Shown: positions 37,885 to 47,540 of the stretch, one piece after another | Numbering within the stretch: the stretch's first letter is position 1 | Layout of the letters: each line of letters opens with the position of its first letter | Source: Alphaproteobacteria bacterium | Lineage (GTDB): Bacteria; Pseudomonadota; Alphaproteobacteria; SHVV01 | Assembly: GCA_009694095.1 (NCBI GenBank) | Contig: SHVV01000003.1 | Span: 1-49,332 of the forward strand | DNA: 49,332 nucleotides | Direction of reading: 5' to 3' | Made by a program: the position numbers and the translations under genes | Notes under the pieces: model-generated | Databases searched by the model: none | Told to the model about the DNA's origin: nothing | The model's input: the letters and a program-made list of their open reading frames with translations, nothing else

Positions 37885-38370
37885 GTGCTCCGCGACATCC
37901 ATACCCGCCTCCTCGCCGCGACCTGCGTGCTTCTCGCAGTTACGCTGCTGGTTGTGGCGACCGCTTCGATTGGCCGCACGCCCACGGTGCCAAATGCGGC
38001 AACCGACGACGCAATTCGCCCCGTCCTGCCGCCGCCCCTGCCGGCGCTTGCAGCGCTGGTCGAGACGACGAGCCGGCCGGTTTTCATCGCCACGCGGCGC
38101 GAGGAGACGGGAGGTCGCCCGCTCCAACTGAGCGCAGGCGGCGGACAAAGCGACCTCATTCTCGGGCGATATCGGTTAGTTGGCGTCATTTCATCCGGTG
38201 GTCGGTCAACGTTAAAGCTGCAGCTGGCTGGGGGCGGTAAAGCACGGGAAATCGGGGTCGGAGACAACCTCGACGGCTGGACGGTTGAGCGGATAACGAC
38301 CAACTACCTCGATCTTCTGGCGGGGACAACGCGCGAGCGCATACCGTTAACGCGGCAACGTCGCAAGTGA
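37885..38370 (+). CDS. Type II secretion clamp protein (XpsN/GspC-like)
   Basis: TM, Pro-rich linker, RPVFIATRR, RLVGVI..VGDNLDGWTVERI; lies between gspM and gspD. Confidence 0.7.
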   Translation: MLRDIHTRLLAATCVLLAVTLLVVATASIGRTPTVPNAATDDAIRPVLPPPLPALAALVETTSRPVFIATRREETGGRPLQLSAGGGQSDLILGRYRLVGVISSGGRSTLKLQLAGGGKAREIGVGDNLDGWTVERITTNYLDLLAGTTRERIPLTRQRRK

Positions 38371-38426
38371 GACTCCGGCACGATTTGGCGCTAGATTTGT
38401 TTGCCTCATCAAGGGATTGGCTTTTC

Positions 38427-40592
38427 GTGCCGCGCCAGGGAGCGTCCTTTTGCGTCGTCGTGTTGCTCGTTCTCGGCCTTGCGGCTTGCGCGCTTGCGCC
38501 GAGGGACGAGCCCGCCAACCGGGCAGCGCCGCCCGCAGCAACTCCGCGTCAAACCATAGCCACCCAAGCGCAACCGTCGCGCCGCACCGAAACGGCCTCA
38601 GGGACCGCCCAGACCGCCCCAGCGGCGGCGCCAAAACTCGTCGAAGTCTACCCGCCCCGCAGCGCGCTGGCTCTAGCGGCTGCTCCAGCTACGGGTCGTT
38701 CGGACTCAACGGCGCCGGGGCGCGGCGACATCACGCTCAACTTCGAGAATGCGGACGTTCGAGTCATCATCGACACGATCCTCAGCGACCTGCTCTCGAG
38801 CAATTTCGTCATCGACCCCGACGTCCGCGGCGTCGTGACCCTCAAGACCGATCGACCAATTTCCCGCCAGGCACTGATTCCAACCCTTGAGGCCGTGCTG
38901 GCAGGCACCGGAGCGGTGCTGCTAAAGGTTGGCGAGATTTACCGAATTGCAACCGCCCAGCAAGCCGGTCGTGCGGTCGGCCCGACAATGCTCGGAGCCA
39001 ACGCCACCGAGCCTGGATTCGCGCTGATCGTCGTTCCGCTCGAATTCGTTTCGGCGGCGTCGATGCAACGGATACTGACTCCGCTTTTGCCGGAGGGCCG
39101 TATCGCGATCATCGACGAGGCACGCAATATCGTCGTTGTCCGCGCGAGTGGTGCCGAGCAGAAGCTAGTCCGCGACACGGTCGCGATCTTCGATGTCGAT
39201 CAACTGGCCGGCACGACCGTTCTTCTCGAAGCGCTGGAGCGTGTCGATGTCGCTACGGTGATCGGTGAACTCGAGAATATCTTTGGCAGCGGCAAGGGCG
39301 GTCCGCTCGCCGGCGTCGTTCGCTTTATTCCGGTCGAACGATTAAACGCGATCTTGGTGATGACGCAGCAGCCGCGCTACATCGAAGAGGTGCGTAATTG
39401 GATCGCGCGGCTCGATCGCAGCCAAAGCGTCGCCGGGCGTCAACTTTTCGTCTATTACGTTCAAAACGGCAAAGCCGCCGATCTGGCGCGTACGTTGAAC
39501 GGCATCTTTTCCGGCGACGGGCGACAACCGTCCGTAAGTGGAGTTGCGCCGTTGTCCGGCGGCGCTAATCGCGAGGCTTCTGGCTCGCCGGCTGCTGGAT
39601 CGGCCGCACCAGCGGCGACGAGCAATCAGGCTCAACCGACGTCGCCGACCACAAACCCTGGCGACATACGCATTATCGCCGATGAGGTCAACAACGCGTT
39701 GCTCATTCGCGCCGACCGCGCCGAGTACAGCATCATTCAGGATGCGCTCGCCAAACTCGATATCGTGCCGCTTCAGGTGCTGATCGAAGCGTCCATTATC
39801 GAGGTGACGTTGCGCGACGTCCTGCGCTTTGGCGTGCAGTATTTTTTCAACAGCGGCGGGCTCAGCCTCGCCGATGGCGGCAAGACGATCCTCACCACCG
39901 CGTCGACTCTGCCGATCCAGCCCCTTCTGCCAGGATTTTCGTTCACTTTGACCAATGGGCCGGGACCTAAATTCATTCTCGACACGCTCACGCTGTTGAC
40001 GGAGGTAAATGTCCTGTCCTCGCCGCAGGTCTTGGTGCTCGACAACCAGACCGCTCGTATCCAGGTCGGCGATCAAGTGCCGATCACGACGCAATTTCAG
40101 CAGAGCACCGTTCTAGCCGGTTCGCCGCTCGTGAACACGGTTGAGTATCGTGATACCGGAGTTCACCTCAACGTCCGACCGCGCGTCAATGCGAGCGGAC
40201 TCGTGACCCTCGAGTTAGTGCAAGAAGTCAGCGATGTCGTCGCCACTACGACATCGACCATCAATTCACCGACGATTCAGCAGCGCAAAATCGTCAGCAC
40301 GGTGGCGGTCAACAGCGGCGAAACCGTGGTCCTTGGCGGACTGATCCGAGAGATCAACAATCAAGACAAGTCAGGCATTCCGGGATTGGTCAACTTGCCT
40401 TTGATTGGCCCCCTGTTCGGTTCTCAGTCACGCGATACACGACGGACTGAATTGCTGGTGCTCTTGACGCCACGCGTCGTACGCAATCAGCAGGAGGCGC
40501 GCGATTTGACGCGCGATATCAGCCGGCGCTTCGCCGCTGTCCTCGAATTGCGTGAAACAGGAGCGGCTCAACCGCGACGATTCAGCCGCTAA
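38427..40592 (+). CDS. gspD: Type II secretion secretin (lipoprotein type)
   Basis: Lipobox LGLAAC; N0 ITLNFENADVR..IDPDVRG.VTL; PLQVLIEASIIEV, VLSSPQVLVLDNQTARIQVGDQVP, YRDTGV.L.V.P, GETVVLGGLI, RTELLVLLTPRVV; start may be 38367. Confidence 0.95.
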   Translation: MPRQGASFCVVVLLVLGLAACALAPRDEPANRAAPPAATPRQTIATQAQPSRRTETASGTAQTAPAAAPKLVEVYPPRSALALAAAPATGRSDSTAPGRGDITLNFENADVRVIIDTILSDLLSSNFVIDPDVRGVVTLKTDRPISRQALIPTLEAVLAGTGAVLLKVGEIYRIATAQQAGRAVGPTMLGANATEPGFALIVVPLEFVSAASMQRILTPLLPEGRIAIIDEARNIVVVRASGAEQKLVRDTVAIFDVDQLAGTTVLLEALERVDVATVIGELENIFGSGKGGPLAGVVRFIPVERLNAILVMTQQPRYIEEVRNWIARLDRSQSVAGRQLFVYYVQNGKAADLARTLNGIFSGDGRQPSVSGVAPLSGGANREASGSPAAGSAAPAATSNQAQPTSPTTNPGDIRIIADEVNNALLIRADRAEYSIIQDALAKLDIVPLQVLIEASIIEVTLRDVLRFGVQYFFNSGGLSLADGGKTILTTASTLPIQPLLPGFSFTLTNGPGPKFILDTLTLLTEVNVLSSPQVLVLDNQTARIQVGDQVPITTQFQQSTVLAGSPLVNTVEYRDTGVHLNVRPRVNASGLVTLELVQEVSDVVATTTSTINSPTIQQRKIVSTVAVNSGETVVLGGLIREINNQDKSGIPGLVNLPLIGPLFGSQSRDTRRTELLVLLTPRVVRNQQEARDLTRDISRRFAAVLELRETGAAQPRRFSR

Positions 40593-40613
40593 GACCAGCG
40601 GCCAGTAATGCGA

Positions 40614-41798
40614 CTAGGGCGAAAACGTCACCGTGATGTTGTATGCGCCCGTGCCCTGGCAGCAGTGCTTAACCCGGGCGAAATAGGTTCCGGCGACGAG
40701 CGCCTGGCCTAAACTGAAATTGTACCAAGTTGCGCTGTCAGCGTCGGATGCGATTACCGTTCCGGCGCCGTCCTCGAGCGTCACGTCGACGTCGGTCGGT
40801 CCCGAGGAAACCAAGGTCAATACTCCCGGCGTAGCGAGCGTGACTTTGAAAACGTCGTTGTCGCCGGGTGCGCCGATCATGCCGGATGTCGTTGAACCGA
40901 TCAGCACCTCTGTCGCGGTGGCCGCGGTACCGCCGTGATCGTCGGCCGACGGAGCAAGCGTTCCGTTTCCGCTCACGAGGAGGATATCGAAGCTGTCGAC
41001 CGGTACGAACGTGTTGCCGGCGTTAAAGACCAGAAGTTTCGCCAGACCGGTGGCAACCGACTCCGATATCTCGAGCGTTGCAGTTATTTGCGTAACGCTT
41101 GCGAGCGCAACGTTGCTGACGACGATGCCGGTGGGCGCCATCACGCTCGGCGAGCCGCGGACGCTGCTAAATCCGGTTCCGTTCAGCGTCACGGTCGTCA
41201 TCGTGCCGGCGGCGAGGATGCCGCGTCCTTCCAGCATGGCGTCGCGCGCCCGCGCGACGACTGCGCTCAGGTCATCCGTGTTGGTCGCAAGCAACGCTGT
41301 TTTGACGGCGGCAGGAATCTCGGCGCTCTGCCCGACGAGGAGTTTGAACATGTAGCCCTGTGCGTCGGCGAGCGTACCGAACCACTTGCCGCCCGAGCCA
41401 TCGAGGCCGACGTAGAATTGCGCGCCGTTGCTGCGGTATTGTTGTTTCAGTTGAATTTCGTTACCGCCGAGCTGGCGATAGATGTCATAAATACGCAAGT
41501 TCGCGCGTGCCCAATCGGCATCCGTCTGTCGAAAGCCCTGGGTCCCGTAAATCATGGAGCGGTCGGTGCCCGGGTCGTAGACGAGTTCGATGCCGGAATA
41601 CTGTCCAACGGCGCGATCGAGGTACACCTGCGACAAACTGCGCAGCGAATTGACCATCGAGGTGAGACTCGCCAAGTAGCTTGTCGACCCTGCCCCGTTG
41701 TCGACCGTGATTGAGCCGGCGTTGACACCACCGGAGATGGCCGCGAGGAGTCCTGCGACTAATAGACTCCGGGCTCCATGGGTCATGGGATGCATCAT
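40614..41798 (-). CDS. Exported protein with C-terminal pre-peptidase C-terminal (PPC)-like domain
   Basis: Signal peptide ..GGVNA; DDHGGT.ATAT..SGMIGAPGDNDVFKV..TDVDVTL..NFSL..L.AGTYFARVK..GAYNITV; N-terminal region unrecognised; start uncertain. Confidence 0.75.
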   Translation of the reverse strand: MMHPMTHGARSLLVAGLLAAISGGVNAGSITVDNGAGSTSYLASLTSMVNSLRSLSQVYLDRAVGQYSGIELVYDPGTDRSMIYGTQGFRQTDADWARANLRIYDIYRQLGGNEIQLKQQYRSNGAQFYVGLDGSGGKWFGTLADAQGYMFKLLVGQSAEIPAAVKTALLATNTDDLSAVVARARDAMLEGRGILAAGTMTTVTLNGTGFSSVRGSPSVMAPTGIVVSNVALASVTQITATLEISESVATGLAKLLVFNAGNTFVPVDSFDILLVSGNGTLAPSADDHGGTAATATEVLIGSTTSGMIGAPGDNDVFKVTLATPGVLTLVSSGPTDVDVTLEDGAGTVIASDADSATWYNFSLGQALVAGTYFARVKHCCQGTGAYNITVTFSP

Positions 41799-41866
41799 TA
41801 GAGCCTTGAACAAGCTACGAAATCAGTCGCATGGTAGTGAAAAATTACGCTGAGACCAAGCTCGCC

Positions 41867-43816
41867 CTACCATCGGGCCTCGACGCAACTACGTGGGACG
41901 AAAACGGACTTGCCGTGTGCGGTAGGACCGATGAACTCCCCGCCAGTACAGGCATTGGCGCGAAAACCGATCGCGAGCAATCCGTTGTAGGTCAGCTCGC
42001 GCACCTCGACCTCAACTGCATCGTCATCCTCGGACCGCACGAAACCGCACCATTTCGCCTGGTTCGGGTAATAACCCTGCTTGGAACAGAGATAAGCGCC
42101 GAGCATCGAAGCGCCAGCTAACCCAACCTCGCGGCGAGGGGTGGCTGCTCGGGTGTTGATCGCCGACAAGCGTTCGGTCGCAATCTGCGCCAGAGCTGCT
42201 CCAGCGTAGCGCCTGGCAAGTTCGCTATACGCCTGTACCGCCTCGATGTCGCGACCCTCGCGCTCAAGCGTGCGCCCACGGACGAAAAGCGACTCGGCCT
42301 GAGCGGGTGGGGCAAGGGTTGGTAGCGTGTTTGGTGCCGCGATCGCCGTCGCTAGCGCATAGACCCGGTAACCATCCGGCGTCGCGACCAGGTCGGCGGT
42401 GTTGGCGTGGAGTGCGTCGCGCAGCCATGGGAGGAGCAATGAGGTTGGAAGATTGGACGGTGCCCCGATATTCACCTTGCCGGTCACGTCGGCATCGATC
42501 GAGAAGCGCAATTTAAGAACGTCGCCGAGAATGAGCTTAGTCGCATCGCGGATATCGGCGCCAGCGAGATTGATAGCGAGGCGCTGCTCCTCGCTCGCGT
42601 CGGCAGTGCCGGCCATCGGCGCGGATGGTACGGGTGGCTCCGCTGCAATCGGAACCGCATCGGACAAACGAGTAAAACCAAGCGCCGGACTGGGGTCATT
42701 TGCGGCCCGGGGCGCCCGTAGTCGGATCGGTTCGCTGTTCAACGGAATCGCGCCGACCCTCGACGCCGGCCCGGAGCCCTGGACAAGTTTGGCCGGAAGG
42801 CGCGGCGCTCCAGCGCGGACGGCAGGTTCGCTGGCCGGGTTCAGCGGCCGGAACTCCGGCATTGAGCCCGTGTAGTCAAGCAACGGCAGCGGTTGCGGCG
42901 GAACTGCATTAAGTATCTGATTGATGATTCGCGTCTCGCTGAAAGCTTCGGCGTTGAGCGTCGCCTCGACTCCGACCAAATTGATTCCACCCGGTATGGG
43001 TGCGGCGACAACGCGCGCGAATGAGGTTTCGAAGCTCGTGCGTTGAAACGACGGCGTGAAGCCTGCGGCGCTTTGCGCCGAGACGGACGTCACAGCAGTC
43101 TTAGGTATGGCGACGGCGAGTGGCCCTGGCGCGACTTCCGCTGGGCTCGGTGGCGCCGATTCAACGGCCAGCGGCAAGACGATCGGTCGTGCGACCGTTG
43201 CCGTCGGAACGAGCGGCGGGTCGACTGGTCTTGGCTCGGCGCCCAGGGTTCGAGAGGCCAACGCGGGCGCGGGCGCGTCCGCCTCACGCGCCGGGCGTTC
43301 GACGAGCAGTGTTGCGACCCGCTGATCGCCTTTGCGCGCTTCACGCCAAGCCTTTATTTCGTCTCGTCCGAGACGTTTCTGCGCCAACAATTCGCCTTCG
43401 GAATAGACGCTTTGGACGTAACTTCCCTCGGGAGCAACGACCATGAACTCGCCGTGTCGCACGCCATCCTTATAGTTACCGAATACGATCGTTTTGTTGG
43501 CGAGCTTAACCACGGCATCGCCGTGTAATTCGCCACTCCGAAACGTACCCTCATCCCGCTCGGTTTCGATCCCGTTTTCAAACCAGATCAATGTGCCCGG
43601 GCCATGGATCCGTCCACGCAAACATTTGGCGGACCACGAGATGGTCTCTCGGCCGGTTGAAAATGGGTTGGAGGTACCGCAGTTGGCCGCAGGATCAATG
43701 ATCCAACCTGGTCCCGCATGCTCGACCTGTCTCGCCTGCGACCATGCGGGTAAAGGACCAAGTCCGACCGCGAGCACAAGGACGGTTGCTATCGACAGAC
43801 GGGTCATAGATGGCAT
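41867..43816 (-). CDS. Exported multidomain protein: MORN-like repeats + Pro/Ala linker + secretin-N0-like domain + TPR-like helix pair + Cys-containing C-terminal domain
   Basis: Signal peptide; WSAKCLRGRIHGPGTLIW..EGTFRSGELHG..GNYKDGVRHG; RLAINLAGADIRDATKLILGDVLKLRFSIDADVTGKV aligns with GspD N0; AESLFVRG..REGRDIEAVQAYSELARRY. Confidence 0.72.
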   Translation of the reverse strand: MPSMTRLSIATVLVLAVGLGPLPAWSQARQVEHAGPGWIIDPAANCGTSNPFSTGRETISWSAKCLRGRIHGPGTLIWFENGIETERDEGTFRSGELHGDAVVKLANKTIVFGNYKDGVRHGEFMVVAPEGSYVQSVYSEGELLAQKRLGRDEIKAWREARKGDQRVATLLVERPAREADAPAPALASRTLGAEPRPVDPPLVPTATVARPIVLPLAVESAPPSPAEVAPGPLAVAIPKTAVTSVSAQSAAGFTPSFQRTSFETSFARVVAAPIPGGINLVGVEATLNAEAFSETRIINQILNAVPPQPLPLLDYTGSMPEFRPLNPASEPAVRAGAPRLPAKLVQGSGPASRVGAIPLNSEPIRLRAPRAANDPSPALGFTRLSDAVPIAAEPPVPSAPMAGTADASEEQRLAINLAGADIRDATKLILGDVLKLRFSIDADVTGKVNIGAPSNLPTSLLLPWLRDALHANTADLVATPDGYRVYALATAIAAPNTLPTLAPPAQAESLFVRGRTLEREGRDIEAVQAYSELARRYAGAALAQIATERLSAINTRAATPRREVGLAGASMLGAYLCSKQGYYPNQAKWCGFVRSEDDDAVEVEVRELTYNGLLAIGFRANACTGGEFIGPTAHGKSVFVPRSCVEARW

Positions 43817-43980
43817 CGAACTTCCCAGTCACCCACCGGACCCAGTCCGGCGTCGCAAGTATACAGGATCGATGCGTGAACAGCCGCTAGGTTGCGGTTG
43901 CAGCATAGCAGCCCTTACAGATATGAACCCGGAAGGAGCGTCGGCGATAGCCGACGCCCAAGACCGAAAAGGGGGACCCG

Positions 43981-44433
43981 ATGTCGAAAATCCAATACCT
44001 CAATCCGCCCGGGCTCGGACCGGCCCAAGGCCTCTATTCCATGTGCACGCTGGTTCCGGCTGGGACCGACACCTACCACATCGCCGGCCAACTCTCGGTC
44101 GGCAAAGACGGTTCGATCGTCGGAGTCGGCGATTTTGCCGCGCAGTTCCACCAAGTCTTCAGCAACCTCGGTGACTTGCTGAAAGTGCTGGGCGAGCCTT
44201 GGAACAACGTCATCGTGTTCCGAACTTATCTCGTGCACTCGCAGTCGATCCCGAAGTTCATGGAATTTCGCCGAGCACTGTTCCCTAAATTGTTCGCGAC
44301 TTCGGACTACCCGCCGAACACGCTTCTCATGATCGATCGCCTCGTCAAAGAAGAGTTCGTCATCGAACTCGAAGCTGTCGTGGCAAAGACCAAAAAATAT
44401 CCGACCGGATCGGATGAACGGAGGGAGCCATGA
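43981..44433 (+). CDS. RidA/YjgF family protein
   Basis: IQYLNPPGLGPAQGLYS..IAGQ..DFAAQ..QVFSNL..PPNTLL.IDRL..EFVIELEAV. Confidence 0.88.
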   Translation: MSKIQYLNPPGLGPAQGLYSMCTLVPAGTDTYHIAGQLSVGKDGSIVGVGDFAAQFHQVFSNLGDLLKVLGEPWNNVIVFRTYLVHSQSIPKFMEFRRALFPKLFATSDYPPNTLLMIDRLVKEEFVIELEAVVAKTKKYPTGSDERREP

Positions 44434-45062
44434 CAAAAACATACGAGCAAGTGCCGGGCCGGGTCGTCGCCGACGAAATCATCCCGGCCAAAGTCGGTTG
44501 GAGCCGTGAGATCAAGGCGGGCCAGGTGCTCCGCTTTGTTGATTTGGAGGGCATGCAGGCGGTCGACTTCCTTTGTTACAATGCGAAGGATCACGAAGAC
44601 CGCTATGCCGCAGCCGATACCATGAAGATCAACGGCAACCTCTTCATCAAGAAGGACACGGTCATCTATTCGATCAATTGCAACAAGATGTTCACCGTAA
44701 CCGCCGACAGCTGTGGTTTTCACGACACCATCGGCGGCTGCTGCTCGTCGGCGATCAATCGCAAACGCTATAACAAGCCGGACGACCCCAATTGCCGAGC
44801 CAATTTTCTAGGCGAACTCAAGAAATATGGTATGGGGCCGCGCGACATGGTCGCGAATCTCAATTTTTTCATGTACGTCCCGATCGCGCCGGACGGCGCT
44901 ATGGACATGGGACCCTCGATCTCGCGTGCGGGAGACTACATCGATCTTCGTGCCGAAATGGACGTGATCGCCGTCGTTTCCAATTGTCCACAAATCAACA
45001 ATCCGGTTAACAATTTCAACCCGACCCCGGTCCGGGCCATCGTCTACCAACCGACCGACTGA
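44430..45062 (+). CDS. DUF1989 / urea-carboxylase-associated family protein
   Basis: GQVLRFVDLEGMQAVDFLCYNA, DSCGFHDTIGGCCS, NCRANFL, NLNFFMYVP, GDYIDLRAEMDV..SNCPQINNP.N.FNPTP. Confidence 0.9.
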   Translation: MTKTYEQVPGRVVADEIIPAKVGWSREIKAGQVLRFVDLEGMQAVDFLCYNAKDHEDRYAAADTMKINGNLFIKKDTVIYSINCNKMFTVTADSCGFHDTIGGCCSSAINRKRYNKPDDPNCRANFLGELKKYGMGPRDMVANLNFFMYVPIAPDGAMDMGPSISRAGDYIDLRAEMDVIAVVSNCPQINNPVNNFNPTPVRAIVYQPTD

Positions 45063-45094
45063 TGACAAGCAGCTGCCCTCGCACCGGTACTCCC

Positions 45095-46243
45095 ATGGAC
45101 ATCGAAACACGCACCCAACTGAAGGAAGCCGTACGCCGCTTCGTGCGCGAACGGCTGGTCCCGCTCGAGAAGAGCGTCGAGGAAGAGGACGCGGTCCCCG
45201 ATGAGGTCCGCGCCGAGATCAAGCGATTGGGCCTGTACGGCCTCACGATTCCGGTCGAGTACGGCGGACTCGGTGTCGATATGGTGACCGACGTCGAGGT
45301 CGCATTCGAGCTCGGCTGGACTTCGCCAGCCTTCCGCTCGGTGATGGGAACCAATATCGGCATCGGATCGCAAGGAATCGTCATCGACGGTACACCGGAA
45401 CAAAAAAAATATTGGCTCCCCAAACTAGCGTCCGGCGAGATCGTGGGATCGTTCGCGTTGACCGAACCCGATGTCGGTTCGGATGCCGGCAGCATCAAGA
45501 CGCGGGCGATCAAGAAGGGCGACCGTTATATCGTCAACGGCACTAAACGATTCATCACCAATGCTCCCTACGCACAGGTGTTCACGCTGATGGCGCGCAC
45601 GGATCCCAAAGATCCAGGGGCGAGCGGCGTGTCGGCTTTCATCGTACGCGCCGACAGCAAGGGACTCCGTCTCGGCAAACCCGACGCTAAGATGGGTCAG
45701 CGTGGAACCAAGACCTGCGACGTTTTCTTCGAGGACGTCGAGGTGCCGGCCGAGAACATTATCGGCGGTCGCGAAGGGCAGGGGTTCAAGACCGCGATGA
45801 AGGTTCTCGATCGCGGCCGCATTCATATTTCGGGCATCTGCGTCGGCACCGCCGGGCGTCTGATCCGCGAGTCGCTTTCCTACGCCATCAATCGAAAGCA
45901 GTTCGGCAAGCCCATCATCGATTTTCAATTGATCCAAGCCATGCTGGCCGATTCGCAGACCGATACCAACGCGGCTAGGGCCTTGGTGCTGGAGACTGCG
46001 GTGCGCTACGACCGCGGCGAAAAGACGACCTTGAGCGCCGCGGCGTGTAAGTACTTCGCCTCCGAAATGGTCGGGCGGGTCGCCGACCGTGCGGTGCAGA
46101 TTCATGGCGGCGCAGGCTATATGGCCGAGACCCCGGTCGAGCACTTTTATCGCGACGTTCGGCTATTTCGGATCTACGAAGGCACGAGCCAAATCCTTCA
46201 GCTCATCGTTGCCCGCGAGATGCGCAAGGAGTTCGAAAACTAA
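45095..46243 (+). CDS. Acyl-CoA dehydrogenase
   Basis: GSFALTEPDVGSDA, NGTKRFITNA, KMGQRG, RKQFGKPI..FQ, AVQIHGGAGY, YRDVRLFRIYEGTSQI. Confidence 0.95.
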   Translation: MDIETRTQLKEAVRRFVRERLVPLEKSVEEEDAVPDEVRAEIKRLGLYGLTIPVEYGGLGVDMVTDVEVAFELGWTSPAFRSVMGTNIGIGSQGIVIDGTPEQKKYWLPKLASGEIVGSFALTEPDVGSDAGSIKTRAIKKGDRYIVNGTKRFITNAPYAQVFTLMARTDPKDPGASGVSAFIVRADSKGLRLGKPDAKMGQRGTKTCDVFFEDVEVPAENIIGGREGQGFKTAMKVLDRGRIHISGICVGTAGRLIRESLSYAINRKQFGKPIIDFQLIQAMLADSQTDTNAARALVLETAVRYDRGEKTTLSAAACKYFASEMVGRVADRAVQIHGGAGYMAETPVEHFYRDVRLFRIYEGTSQILQLIVAREMRKEFEN

Positions 46244-46334
46244 TCTACCCGGTAGCGATGTTTCGTCATAGCCGCACCGTTTGCTCGCCACGGCCGACGC
46301 CGCTACGGTGCCTTCGTTCAAGGGGGTCGCCGCC

Positions 46335-47540
46335 ATGACCGGCACAAATCGAGGGGCGCTCGCCGGGCTGAGAGTCCTCGATCTCTCGCGCGTGCTCGGC
46401 GGACCGCTCTGCACCCAAATGCTGGGAGACCACGGCGCCGAGGTCATCAAAGTTGAACCGCCGCAGGGCGACGAAACGCGCGGCTGGGGGCCGCCATTCC
46501 ACGATGGAGAAGCGGCCTATTTTGTTGGCATCAATCGCAATAAGCGTTCGATCGGGCTCGACCTATCTCGGCCAAAGGGGTGCGATATCGTGCTCCGCCT
46601 ACTCGAGAAAGCGGACGTACTCATCGAGAATTTCCGCATCGGGACCATGGAGCGTTGGGGCCTTGGCTACACCGCCGTTCTGGCGGCGCGTTTCCCTAGA
46701 CTCGTGTACTGCCGGATTTCGGGATTTGGCGCCGATGGTCCGCTGGGCGGCATGCCCGGCTATGATGGAGTCGCACAAGCGCTTTCAGGCCTGATGAGCG
46801 TTAACGGCTCGCCGAGCTCGGGCGCCGTCCGGATTGGTGTCGCGGTGGTCGACCAAGCGACCGGTTACATGGCGGCATTCGCGATCATGGCGGCCCTTTA
46901 CGAACGCAATAACTCCGGCCGCGGCCAATTCATCGAAACGACGTTGTATGACAACGGCGTCGCGCTGCTTCATCCGCAGAATGCCAACTGGCTCATGACC
47001 GGGAAATCGCCGACCATCACCGGCAACTCGCATCCAAATGTTGCGCCGTACGATCGGTACGAAACAAGGACGCGTCCGATCTTTTTAGCGGCGCTCAACA
47101 ACGGCCAATTCCGCCGGCTGTGCGCCAAGCTGGGCAATGCCGCGCTTGCCGACGATGATCGTTTTCGCGACAACGCCGACCGGGTGGTCAATCGCGCGGA
47201 GCTCGACGCGGCGCTTATTCCGTTGTTCGCCGCCGCGGACGGTGAAGAGGTCTACCTTGAGCTGCTCAATCACGGCGTACCGGCGGCGACGATCAACGAT
47301 GTTCCAACCGTGCTCGATCATCCACATACCCGTCACCGCGCCATGGTGGTCGAAAGCGACGGCTATCGCGGCGTCGGATTCCCGGCGAAGCTCGGGCGCA
47401 CACCGGCATCGATGCGACGCAAGCCGCCGCGTTTCTCGGAATACGGCCGCGAGATCCTGGTCGAAGCAGGATATTCCTGCGCCGAGATCGAGGCGTTTGC
47501 TACCGACGGCGCGTTGGTCGAAAAGCGTCGACCGGGATGA
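46335..47540 (+). CDS. CaiB/BaiF family (class III) CoA-transferase
   Basis: LAGLRVLDLSRVLGGP..LGDHGAEVIKVEPP.GD.TR, NRNKRSI.LDL, ENFR.G, PGYD. Confidence 0.95.
   Translation: MTGTNRGALAGLRVLDLSRVLGGPLCTQMLGDHGAEVIKVEPPQGDETRGWGPPFHDGEAAYFVGINRNKRSIGLDLSRPKGCDIVLRLLEKADVLIENFRIGTMERWGLGYTAVLAARFPRLVYCRISGFGADGPLGGMPGYDGVAQALSGLMSVNGSPSSGAVRIGVAVVDQATGYMAAFAIMAALYERNNSGRGQFIETTLYDNGVALLHPQNANWLMTGKSPTITGNSHPNVAPYDRYETRTRPIFLAALNNGQFRRLCAKLGNAALADDDRFRDNADRVVNRAELDAALIPLFAAADGEEVYLELLNHGVPAATINDVPTVLDHPHTRHRAMVVESDGYRGVGFPAKLGRTPASMRRKPPRFSEYGREILVEAGYSCAEIEAFATDGALVEKRRPG

Noticed and set aside
43817-43980. Guanidine riboswitch upstream of the RidA-DUF1989 genes
   Set aside because: No paired ACGR-loop hairpins and only vague resemblance to guanidine-I conserved segments; needs an Infernal search
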